From: Raillietiella orientalis
Lineage: Eukaryota
Length of the DNA: 64,000 bases
Reading direction: 5' to 3'
NCBI GenBank assembly: GCA_036172245.1
Contig: JAYWIR010000014.1
Location: 3,782,001-3,846,000, forward strand
Shown: piece after piece, positions 27,012-38,799 of the stretch
How the letters are laid out: every line of letters starts with the position of its first letter
How positions within the stretch are numbered: the stretch's first letter is position 1
Notes under the pieces: model-generated
The model's input: only the letters and a program-made list of their open reading frames with translations
The model's database searches: none
What the model was told of the DNA's origin: nothing
Program-made: the position numbers and the translations under genes

Positions 27012-28891
27012 AGCACAGTTTGGTGGAAGAAGCTGTGGAAAGAAAGCACCTGAAAAAAATTGCCATTTTTGAGATTTTTGGGCGTGGCAGTACTAAGAAC
27101 GTGCATGTGATTGCGTGTGTTTTGGGTAATAAAACCATCTTGAGGGTTTTCATGAGGGCGTTCGTTGTTTTCCCTAGCACACACCGAAAACAGATAGAGA
27201 AACAGCACGTCCCTATCAAATTTCCTCTTTTCTTGCGCCCGTCGACGCTCTGAGTACTTTTTTTCTCCCCCTCTCTCTCTCTTTCAAAGCAACCTTACTA
27301 TTAGCAACATTAACGTAATCAGTATCTAACTAAGCCTCGTTATTGCAAACATCCGGGCTGATTAAACATGCTACTGTTACGACGACATCATTTTCTATTT
27401 TCCAGCTTTTCGTGGTACATAAATCTATTTGCTTATTCTTTTGTATTACGCAAAAACGACAGACTTCTTTTTTTCTCTTTTTTGAAAACTGAAGCTATTT
27501 GGGGGCATCAACCAAATGCTTTGGATTGATGGAATATTTGATCAAATTCCTGTGGTAGAAGAGGAGCCAGAACTTTTCTAATCGTTTTGCTCCAAAAAAG
27601 GAGAAAAAAACATCCCCGTATTTTAACATAATTTGAAGTCATCTTGTGATGATGATCGTTCGATCAGCTTGAAAATCCTAAGCATTTAAAGAGTCAGTTG
27701 AAGAGCAGCAACGAAACTGTTTTTTTTTTTTTTATTTTAAAATCTCTAAACATAGTTGGGCAGTTGAGCTGTTTCTAATCAAAAGGCAACAAAATCTTTT
27801 CTATGCATTGCGGATACAAATTCTTTACACAGCCAAGAAAAAAAGAGCATTGACTTACAACAAATTGAGTCATCCAGCAAAAATTGTGAACGTCATGAAA
27901 AATCTTTTAGATCTGTATGTTGAATTTGATGACATGTTAAAGGAGTCTGTGAGGAAGAATGGAAAAAGGCAAGCGAAATGGCGGGAGGGGGGGGGGGGGG
28001 AACAAAAACTCTGCAGATTTATACTGCTTGTGTTTTTATCTTAGGCCCGGGAAGCTGCATTCGTATGTAGTGTTTGCTGACGATCATCTCCTTTGTTCAG
28101 CCAGCGAATGCTCCTAGTTTTCTGCACAAATGTGGTATAAACTCTCAATTTAAGATTTTAATTTGGAATGGTGCCTTCTATTTTTATTATTTTTATTTTT
28201 ATTTTTGAGGGGGGGGAGGGAGGACGAGGGGAGGGAACAAAATAAAGTGATCCCTAAAACGAATCAAATTTCGGATTTTCATCTGTGGAAGAGAACCAAT
28301 CGGCGAACTGGAATTATGCTAACGTGTAATGGCCGAAGGCTAATTTGGGAAGTCATCCCCCTCCTCCCTCTCCAAAAAAAAAAAAAATAAATACTTTTAC
28401 TCTTATCGTTTCCTCAATCGCGTCTTAGCCGGAAATGATGTCAAAGACTGACAGCGCTTTGTCGATCGAATTTCCCATTCTGAACTGTGCTCAGTGTTTT
28501 GTCAGTCCGGATGAATCCCACAAACCGTTCACGCCTTTTGTATTAAGTTTCGAATATCTGTAGCGGAAGTCGAGATGCCGAGTTTTTCACGAGTTCATGA
28601 ATGCTGTGGGCATGGAGTGATGGAGCATTTGCATTCCGGCAATGTGGTAAAAGAATTCATTTTGGAATGTTTCCGTGTGCAATTTGAGATGGCCATTCTT
28701 TACTTTTTAATTGAGCCGTTATTCAGTGAGGCCTCTTCAGAGTGGTTCTCGTTCCTGTGAAACCAGAAAATAGCAAACACAAACGAAGATGCATTCATTA
28801 GATCGATGATAATAATCAATCGACGATGCTATAAAGGCTGCGCCCAACGAATCCTTAATTGCATGAAACATTGGTATGCCTCATGTGACGT

Positions 28892-28970
28892 ATTCATGGT
28901 GGGGGGCATACATCCCCCCACCATGAATGGCATCCTGCAGGCGCAGGTGCCCGATGCGCCTGCAGGATGC
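28892..28970. repeat. Two back-to-back perfect inverted repeats (15-bp stem/7-nt loop and 16-bp stem/9-nt loop)
   Basis: ATTCATGGTGGGGGG-CATACAT-CCCCCCACCATGAAT (28892..28928), then 1 nt, then GCATCCTGCAGGCGCA-GGTGCCCGA-TGCGCCTGCAGGATGC (28930..28970). Confidence 0.92.
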
Positions 28971-29151
28971 AAAGAAAAAGTGCACCGCTTCTACACGCTC
29001 CCGCAGAACATGCCCCCCGCGGCACAAAAAGAAAAAAATGATGTAAAATTTTCCGTTTCAAAAGCAGATCGAAAATGCTGATCGAATTTCCGAACGTTCC
29101 GCCATACGGACCCGTGAAGGCCCGGGTGGTAGTCCTTCTCTGCAATCTCCT

Positions 29152-29230
29152 GGAGTGGTGGCTCAGTTGGGAGGGCCGCCGCCGCTCTTCACGACAGGGA
29201 ATCCGATTTCAAGTTCGGTGTCGGGTCGGA
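29152..29230 (+). mobile_element. Degenerate tRNA-like sequence, probably a tRNA-derived SINE head or tRNA pseudogene
   Basis: A-box-like TGGCTCAGTTGG (29159..29170) followed by GAGGGC and a damaged T-arm CCGAT-TTCAAGT-TCGG; no intact acceptor stem. Confidence 0.4.
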
Positions 29231-30280
29231 ATGCTCAAGGAGGCATTTCTACTCACGTTCGATGAACCGATTTCAATGCCCCGACTCGCACGGTGTAGCG
29301 GTGCGCATGTATATGGTGGTAATTCTTGAGAAGGGGGGGAAATGACGTCGTCATCATCATCATCATCATCATCCATTCATCCCACGTTGTTCTTGCTCCT
29401 CTCATTTTTAGAGTAGAAAGCCACACGGGATTTTGTTGTTGCTGCTGCTGCTTGCTTGTTTTCCTCTCCCGTCTCTGCACTCTTAATGACATAGCTGCAG
29501 CAAAAAAAAAAAAAATTACACGTGTAAATTACAAGGAATTCAGAGTAAAGTAAATCTCCACTTATCAAGATGGAAGCCGAACGTATTTTCAAGCGATGGT
29601 CCAGTCACTGGTGAGGAGAATGGTTCAAGGAATTCCAAACGTATGGAAACTCGAAATGAATACGAAAATCCTGCATGTTAAACCTAGTAACTCGTATTTG
29701 TGACATGGCCCCTTGAGGAAATCACAGGGCAAACCCACCCACAAAGGGAGTGACGGCGCCCGTGTTTCCAACACACACAAAAACACCTCTGACTACCGGA
29801 TGACGAAGTTTCGAGAAACCCGTTCATCAGACTAACATCCGGCAAGTTGATAAGAGGCGTGCAACAGCGTGGTTCTTACTGACAACTTCGGGCGTTTCGA
29901 GTACCCCTTTTGCCCCCCGCACAAACCAAACGAAGGCGGCGAAAGTCGATCCCGGGAAATAACACGTTGAGCAAGCGGCCGAATCGCGGAATCTGAGGTC
30001 AGATGGCCAAACGGTTTCGTTCTGATCTTGTGGATGGATGGATCGTGGCCACAATAAAACACGAGGCATTCGTTCGTGGGATTTTACGCATTGCACTCGG
30101 CATCGAGCTGAGTTGGAAAATGCAGATATTCATTTTTTCTTGACTTCTGTCGTGGTTACCAATCTTTCGTAGTCGATGGTTGCTGCCATTTTGCAACACG
30201 AAAATTTGTTACAGCAGATTCGATTTAGCTCAGTAAATTGCTGATCAGTTTTCCGTGCTTGGGGCAATTTCCAAGCATCG

Positions 30281-33200
30281 ATGGGTTTTTTGTTGATGTA
30301 CCTGTTGCTGGTAGAGTATGCTTTTTGCCAGCATTCCGAGGCTGAAAGTAAAAAACCCAGGTGCAGATGTATGGAGTATTGGGCATGCATCAGAAGGTAA
30401 GTAACCACCACTTCTATGGACATCCCAAAGCTTGCTTTGCTTGCAGGGGAGGCCAACCCTACAGCTACTGTGGCCTCTACGCCACGAAAGTATGCTGCTA
30501 CATCCCTTCAAACTCGAAACCTGTGGGAATTCTGCCCCTCAAAAGGAAAGAGAAAATGTGCGGGAAGAAAGAAACAGACAACAACAAGGATGGCTTCGCT
30601 GAAATCGGGGAGTATCCTTGGCACGTATGTCAAAGTGAAGCTTTTCAAGCCGTCCTTGACCTTGACCATCACAGGTAGCCATCCTGGAAAGGGCCAACGA
30701 TATTTATGTATGCGGAGCCTCTCTCCTCGATGAGTCTTGGGTTCTCACTGCTGCGCACTGCATCAACAAATAGTAAGCACTTTCTTGTTGGATTCGGAAA
30801 TCTCACTGCTCTCCTTGCTGACCGATGAGCGTGGGCACTGGGGAAGGTCAGATTTGACATTATCAGCATTGTAGCTTAGTGTTTCTAAAAGTTTGTGCGC
30901 GAATTGCTCCGGAGATAGATGCATGAAAAGAGGGGGTGGCTGGAATTTCAGAGGTTGGAAACAAACTTGGAATATTTACGCCGCAAGGTGCACCCATTCC
31001 GAAACAGGGATCTTGAAAATGATAATAATAATAATAATAATAATAGCGATAATGGTGAAACAGTGATGGTAAGCGATCATCCTTCTGCAGTGACGATCGC
31101 TTCGAAATATTCCAGCAGCCTTGACCTTTTCAACTTTTGCTCCTTAAATTCTTACAGCTCGTTTCGCTACTCCCCCCTTATCCACAGAGGATCGACGCGT
31201 ACCTCATGGTACTTCTCTTACTTTCACTTTCGTGAGAAAGGGTCGTTAAGGGGCTCGTGCATATTTCATGAGTGTACTGCCGCAGTTGGTTGTTGCCGCC
31301 TCCAGCAGAAAGGCCGCCCACTAATCGTGAAGTTTCAGGGCATCGGAACTCATCAAATGAAATCGGATCACTGCATTTGCATTTTGGAAGTGGGTAACCG
31401 AAATTTCGAAGAGGGAAAGTGTGGTCTCTCTGCCAAGTATCACCGGACTGTCTGTCCCCTTTCCAAAGGGATAGGGTATACTCACATCACAAAAGATTCA
31501 AAGATAACTACCGAGCTTACAGCTTGTCGAGAGACTTTCGAGTCACATGAGTGAGAGTGTGTGTGTGTGTGTGTTTGACTTTTATCTATTTACCAAGTGC
31601 CAAAGGAGCCATCTGGCGATCCATTCTTATCTATCGCTGTATTGGAAACCGTGCGAATGTCCTTTGTACGAATATTGTCCTTTTTCCTGCTGTCAGATTC
31701 TGGAAACCAAGGATTGACTCCCTGGTACCACTGCTTTGTGAGTTTTCTTTTGAAGACTCCATGTTCTCGTGCATGGGCAAAACTGTTGCTTTCCATCATT
31801 CCCTGCGTGGACATACCTGAATACGTAAAGAGTGAGAGCAAAGGGGGAAAAATCCGTCTTCGCGAAGCTGTGGATCATCCCCACAGCTTCCTGAATATGA
31901 AACCGGAAAATTAGATAAGGTACATCAGGAAGGAACATACTCCTGGATGTTTATTTCATTCGTTTTCAGGAAGCTTCGTTATTAAAGTTTGCTGTGTTTA
32001 TTGCAGATGAAACGACTTTTGAGATTTCCTCTTTTGATATGCCGTTATTAATACAGAAGTACCACATTCGATTCGTACTATAAGGAAAAAAACAGTTTAA
32101 GGTTGTCAAAGCTTACTCTCATGGAAGACAAGAATGCTTTCATTTTTTTTTTTCTTTGCACGTGAACACATTGTACATGTACACCGCATGTGTCCCTTGC
32201 GAAGAACTCTTTTATGCCTTCGGAGATGGACCTAGAAGTGAACAACAAAATAAATCTCAAATCATGGTTCGTTGTGTACTTTCCCGATGCTCGTAGCCAG
32301 AATGGACAGTTTGCTGATCAAAGAATGGCAAATACAAAACGTAACAGGAATGTATTATAGAAAAGAAAATCTTCATGGGATGGTCTCGTGTCTTTCGTAA
32401 TTCTTTCGCCCTGCCAAAGTCTTCTGAAAATCACTCGTTTCCTTTTTCTATTACAATTCCAAGTTTGTTCCACTTCATTCTGATAGTATATCACTGACGG
32501 ATTAGAGCTGAAGATTTACCTCCCAAAATTTAATGGAGAATCCATTGATGAATTCTACCTTTAGTGGTGATTCGCGCCTTCCTGAGAATCTATTCGAGAA
32601 ACGATAGTGTAATATTGTGTTTGAAAAGAGGAGAGAACACCGATCTGAGATGTGCCGATATTTAGTAGGGTGAACCAGAAACAGGTCACACAGGTTTTTC
32701 CCTTCCATTTTGCCAAGGGGCCATTTCAATGAAGTATCAACCATAACACATTCGATACATACCAAAAAAGACGCACAAGCGATAAAGGATAGCAGATTTT
32801 GGAAGTTCGAAAAGGAGAGTGATCACGTCTGAAAGATGATGTGTGATCTCGAATTTTTTTTTCTAAAAAAAAAAAAAAAAAAAAAACCTACGCTAATTTC
32901 CATCATAGATGATTAGAGATCATTGCGAGTTTCGATCGTTGGTACTTTCCTCCTCCTGTCTTATCCCCCATTCTATGCCACTCCCGTGCGAATCTCGACG
33001 CATGGTGGGCCATTAAGTGTTTCGCAAGCCACCAAGTGTCAATGAAATTTGTACACTGTAACAAGGAAGACAGTGAAAAATGAGCCACGCGCATGTATCC
33101 CTCCGCGCCCATTAATTTATGAGTTCCATCCAGAAAGGAAAAAAAAAAGGAGGAAACCTGAGATTCAGAGTGTAAATGGTGCTAGTTTTCCAGAAAAGCA

Positions 33201-34277
33201 AAAGTTGTTGAAAGTTCGACTGGGAGAATACGACGTCACTTCGACCTCCGAGCCTTTGCCACACAGCGAAGTAGACGTTAGTCGATTGATCGTTCATCCT
33301 CATTTCGATAACTTTTCTCTAGAAAATGATATAGCTTTGATGAAACTTGCAGTGAAAGCAAAAAGGAAACCTAACATTGGAGCCATCTGCATAACCCAAC
33401 GCAACTTTCACGTCAATGATACAGACAAATGCTATATTACTGGCTGGGGAAAACTGAACGAAAGTAAGGCAGCATAAATCTTGACAGTTTTTTTCCTTCT
33501 ATAAAGCATGTATTGTAAAGCAATGGAAAGTTCTCTTACGTTAAAAGAAGTTCGTGTGCCTTTGTGGGAGAATGCAGAATGCGAACAAACTTTGCAGCGC
33601 TTCTTCGGCCAGAATTTCACTCTTCCTCCAACCGTCATCTGTGCAGGGACAGAAGGGAAAGACTCCTGCGAAGTAAGATTTGGATTTCTTGTACTTTTTG
33701 GAGGGGGGTTGTCTGTTTCCTTTTCGAAACTACGGCGTGCGTGCTTCCAGCGTCTTCACCTATGCAGTGGTTCGATCACTTGGAAACCAAACTTGCCCCA
33801 CAAGTTCACATAAATCCGTTCGTTTCCGCTTTGCTCCCATCCCAATCCATCCTGCATGCAGCGCACGAATAAAGAAAAAAAAAAGATCCCCTTTCAGGGG
33901 AAAACGACAACCTGAAAATTAGAAAATTTTCTGTTGCCTTTTTTCCTCGTCCTCCTCCTCCTACTCCTTACATGTGCACGGCTCGGGAAGCTATCCCGAG
34001 TGGGATGGTACACTCCATTCATGCACATATCCCAGAGCCGATTCTGCTGTCGTTGTGGCAACCTTCCGTCCGAGTGATTCTAATGAAACCAATTTTTTCG
34101 ATCCAGGGTGATGGAGGAGGTCCTTTGGTATGCGAAGAAAATGGAAAATGGTTCCAAGTGGGAATCGTGTCGTACGGGGTGGGATGCGGTAGAAACAACA
34201 CTCCAGGAGTATACACGCGTGTAGCGGAATACGCAAAGTGGATACTGGAAATAACCCACCATTTCAAAGTGTTATAA
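30281..34277 (+). CDS. Clip-domain serine protease homologue (non-catalytic; PPAF2/masquerade-like)
   Basis: Exons 30281..30396, 30447..30624, 30675..30772, 33186..33463, 33521..33672, 34107..34277, phase-compatible. Signal peptide [16 protein letters not shown]; six-Cys clip-like domain CRC..C..C..CC; trypsin fold with [12 protein letters not shown] (His), ENDIAL (Asp), but DSCEGDGGGPL (Ser replaced by Gly), then PGVYTRV..Y..WI. The acceptor at 33185 has a weak pyrimidine tract. Confidence 0.9.
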
Positions 34278-34393
34278 CATCTCAAAGTAAAATGGAAACC
34301 TCGATGAAGGTTGCTGTCGAATTTCGTGAGGGACAGCTTCCAGTGATTGCAAGAAAGGAGGGGAAAAAATGAAGTGTGAAACCTTTCTAACTC

Positions 34394-34399
34394 AATAAA
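34394..34399 (+). promoter_or_regulatory. Candidate polyadenylation signal of the clip-SPH gene
   Basis: AATAAA about 115 nt after the TAA stop. Confidence 0.45.
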
Positions 34400-37300
34400 A
34401 AAAAAAAAATCACAAATGAGTTGGCATCACCGACAAAGATCCAAAATGGCTTTCATCTCTCTGAATTCTCACGTAACAGGGACTCAGCATTACTTTTCCT
34501 CTAGGCACTCTAAGTGACTCACATCTCTGATTTTTGTTTATTACGGGTTGGTTTTCAACCGGGTTTGCACTCGCTGAAGAATACGAAAAAATGACTTACT
34601 CCCTTCAAGTTTCGGTCCTTGTTCAACCACCCGCAGAATTTCTACACTTCTACAAGCAATGCATAAGCATTGAACGTTTTCCGGATCTCTCAAAATACGC
34701 TTACATTTCAAAGCTGAAAAAAACACGGAAACATCGGTATGGTAACTCAAATCTTCACAAATTTAATAGGTTCAAAACTTAGCCTTCAGCTACCTCGTCA
34801 GCAAACAACAGACCCTCTCTCTCCTGTACGTTTATTCAGTTTGCTCCTAGCAGGAAGTTCCGTTATTAATACTTGATTAATAATGATCTGGGAGCATCTG
34901 TAGTTCGTGAAACTACATTTGAAACTAATGATGAAATAGACGTTTGCATAGAAGGAAGCACTTGGGTTTGCTTCAGGAGTCGAGCGTGGAGGAGGGGGGG
35001 AAGGCTTCAGAATACATGGATAGCTTGTTTACCTTGGTAGCAAGCTGATGAAACTCGATCCGATATTTAAATGCACGGGTCATCCACTTCGACTCGAACT
35101 TTCCTACGGAGTATCTGCTAATAGAATCGTCTTGGATGAAAAAAACAGTCGAGAATCGTATTACCTTAAAATGAACTAATAGCCCAAAAGTATAATTGAA
35201 CTGATAAGCTTTGATTTAATTTTCGGACTTTGATTCAAAATAGTTATCTTGGAGAAGGAAAGAACCGAACGCTTCCACTAAAGACCTATTCTCACGTAAC
35301 GGTGAACCCACAAATAGGTGGTGCACTTACTGCAGGAGTACACTAGGCACAAGTATTTCAGCAATGGGCAACCTGCTGCCCTCAGAGTTGTATGTGTCAG
35401 AGTTACTCCCTTTGGTACGAGGCTGGCCAGCACTTGAAAAAAAAAAACGTTGAAAAAAAAAATTCATCATCAAGAATCAATTACTGATTACTTCCTGCTG
35501 CTATACAAGAAACGTCCATTGTGCAAAGAGATCTGCCGATGAACAGGATGCCAGGTTGGTCAGCAACCACAAGTGTAAAAGTACGTGCAGGTCGGGTCAA
35601 AATGTTTCGCTTCAGATCTCTAATATGATATACGAAATCTTTATTTTTGTAAATGATGAATTGCTAAAATGTCAAATACCAGTAAAGAAAAGGAGGCCTT
35701 GCAGCTGAGCTCCGACAGTCTCAGTCTGCTCGATGGACTTCTTCTATCCCACGGAGCCGTCCCTGAGGGGATTGACGAGATAGCCACTAGTCTGAACGAC
35801 TCTGTATTTGCGGGATGCAAAAAATGTTCTCCCTTTATTCGGACTTAACCGGACAAGTGATGAAAACACAGCTCAGTTGTCACCTCTTATTAGAGCAGAT
35901 GGACAGATACATATCTTCGAGGATTTACTTCGAGAAATTGCAGTTCCACGAGAAAAGGTTTGGTCGAGGAAGTGTCATTAAATTGAAATCCTGCCGTATA
36001 AAGAACTTGTGGTGTGGCTACAGAGCCTTGACCTCTGTCAGCGGCTGGGGAAAACGATGGTCTCCTAGCCTTACCGAACGAGGATTAGCGTTTGGTGTCC
36101 TGACTCGGGAGAGTTTCGTGTTCTGCCAGTGAGTCAAGAGCATCTTTGTGACCGGAGCTCGACCAAGAATCCAGTAAAGTCTGTGGTGACCACGTGCGTG
36201 AATATCATTAGGACTCGTGGTCTTAGCTGTCACCAGTTTCAGCGATTTTTAAATAAGCGATTCATACCTGATTTAGATACAAGATACCTATGCATGTCTT
36301 CTGCATCACTCCCATGTTAGATAGCTCCCTAAAGGTCAAGTGCTAGAGCGTTTCTGGGAATTCAAAGGGATTACTTAGTTTAAAGGGCAATGCAGTATAT
36401 GAAATGAGGGAGAACGATTGGCTTGGTGGTATCCCATTTCTCGTAGCATCGATGCCCTTATGAATATCAAATTTCAAGGTCCCATTTCACATGAACTGCC
36501 TTCCAAAGAGAACCTCCCTTGTGGGAGAAGCAGGTTCCTAGCAACGACTTTGCACGTCTCGTCGCACTGCTATCAACGAATCTGGTATCGAACGTGAACC
36601 ATGGGAAAGAATGTGAAAAACTTGAAGAAGAATTCGGAAATAGGCGCTCGCCATATTTAGCCAAATGAACAGGGAAGAGTTCCGTGCCTGCTTCGTTCTC
36701 GGTACGACCTTGCACAGGTCCTTCAAATTTCCATCCGGACTGAATTCACATGCAGGCTCGGGATTCCCTCAGTTCACTCGACCTTCATCGGCTGGATTTT
36801 CCAAGACCTGTGCTCCTGTAGAGAAGTGTCCATTTGTGGAACGACATGCCGTAGAAAGGCGTGTTCTGTGTGGAACGGTGCAAACGACTCTTCTCGAGAA
36901 TGACCACTGAGGAATGTAAACACTGGAGCAGGCTTGCAGATGAAAATCTTCACAACCAGCCCCGCGCTGCTGTTTGCAGCCCCCTGCTGACAGAGGAAAA
37001 CAGAAAAAAGAGGAAACGTTCACGCGAGGAAATTTTGCTAAGATGCATTGCTAATCAGCCACAATGGTAAACTATCAATAAAAATTAATACTTCATATCA
37101 TTTTGGTTAGTTGGTGTTTTTTTGCAGTATGCCTTACGAAAAAAGTTCACTAATTCCATACAAATATCCAATAATTTAAACTATTTCTTTGCTCGTTCCA
37201 TGAAACAACCATGAAAAAAAAAAAAAAAAGAACTTTTCACGCCTAGAAATAACCAGTCTATTTTATCTACCGAGGAAACAGATTGAGAAGACTTTAACGA

Positions 37301-38169
37301 ATTTGAAAATTCAGTCTAGAAACGTCTGAGGTTTTCTCTAGAATTGCAATCTTTTTGCGCCCCATCTATAAGTGTTTCGTTCCATATTCCATGGATGTAA
37401 CTGCTCTTTCACCATAGAAACTCCTTTTTCTATCTCTTTCATTCCTTTTCCGTTGCGGCCGCCTTCAGCATCGACAAACTCAACGCAAACTGACTGTTGG
37501 ATCGTCGCAATTAAAGAGCATTCACATATCGTAGAGGAAGCAAAAACTAAATAGAAAATTCAAACTCTTGTCTTCGCTGTTTTCCTTCCAGTTTTTTTAA
37601 AAAAAGAAGAAAAAGAACCCAAGGATTTCCATCGTCAACGCTGTTACCACCTTCCGTTCCCAGATTCGTAAACAAAACAAAAAACCCACGGGACACTCGA
37701 AAATATTCCTGGAGCGTTTATAAAAAATTTACCTACTGACCGACGAACTGCTGCAGGGAAAGACGAAAAGAAAAACAATTAGCAAAAAAAGAGGGAAACA
37801 GTCAGTGTCACTAAGCATGAGAGTGTGAGGAGGAGAGAAAGAAAAGGTTATTTCAATGTGTACGAATCGATCAGTCCAGCATCCGAAGCAAGAAAATCGG
37901 GACATTTGAATCACCATGGCAATGGTAAACCACCTGTTTCGAATTACTGTTCTTTTCTGTCTTCGCTGTTTTTTCCCTTCCAGTATTTTTTTGCAGGTTT
38001 TTGGTACGCTAAGTACCTCAAGAGCCGGTCGCGTGCCTCGCGGCGCACGTGGTTCTTTAACATTGTTCCACGCCACCCGCGGAGGGTGCGCCCTATTCTT
38101 CAAGTTAGAGAAGCACCCCGGAAAGGGGGTTCGCCCTATGAATCCAGGAAGGCTCAGAGTCCGTTCCTC

Positions 38170-38660
38170 TCACGCTTGGGGAGGGGGATCACCCCGCAGG
38201 GGAGGGGATCGCACCTCCCACCCTATTTGTCTCTGAAGGAGAATCCCGAAGAGAATCTCCTTCCTCATTCTCTCCGGAGGGACACCTCCCCCCAATGGAG
38301 AGGGGCTGTCCTCCATTTCAACTTCTCCGAAGGGAACCCGGAAAGGTTTCGCTTGTAGGAATTTCTTCTCCGGAGGGAACCCACAAGGGAACCACTCCTG
38401 TTCACTCCTCTGAAGAGAACCCCGAAGGGACGCTTCCGAAATTCAGAAGGGGCGCTGCAGCTTCCCGCAGAGAATCGCTCTCGCTTGCTTCCTTGCACTC
38501 TGTGAAGAGGCGACGACTCGGAGGGTCCCCCCCGTAACTGGGAGGGTCCGCTCCTTTGAACAACTGGAGAGGTACCCGTGAGGGCTCCTGCTCCATCTTG
38601 CAACCGGAGGAGTCCCCCGGTGAGGGGGATCCGCTCTCCGTTGTACGACCGGTGGGGGAA
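38170..38660. repeat. Degenerate GC-rich tandem repeat array immediately 5' of the retrotransposon RT
   Basis: Recurring motifs GGGGAGGGG(G)ATC, CTCCGGAGGGA(A)C, CTCTGAAG(G)AGAA(T/C)CCCGAAG and GAGGG.TCC.GCTCC at irregular ~20-45 nt spacing. Confidence 0.5.
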
Positions 38661-38799
38661 CTCCCTACACCTCGATTCCTGGAAGGTCCCGAAGGTCGAC
38701 TCCCATTAATCCGGCCTTCATGGGGGGCTTCCGGCTTAAACCACCAGCGGTGCCATGCCCGAATGTCTCGGCCAACCAGCGCCATTGCAGGAGAAACTC

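Noticed and set aside
30919..31554. 211-aa ORF with poly-Asn
   Set aside because: Lies in intron 3 of the clip-SPH gene, includes an (AAT)n microsatellite and has no recognisable domain.
36490..36670. Protein-like frame VPSNDFARLVALLSTNL resembling the glycogenin N-terminal helix
   Set aside because: Lacks the preceding AFVT strand and any downstream GT8 exons; probably chance.
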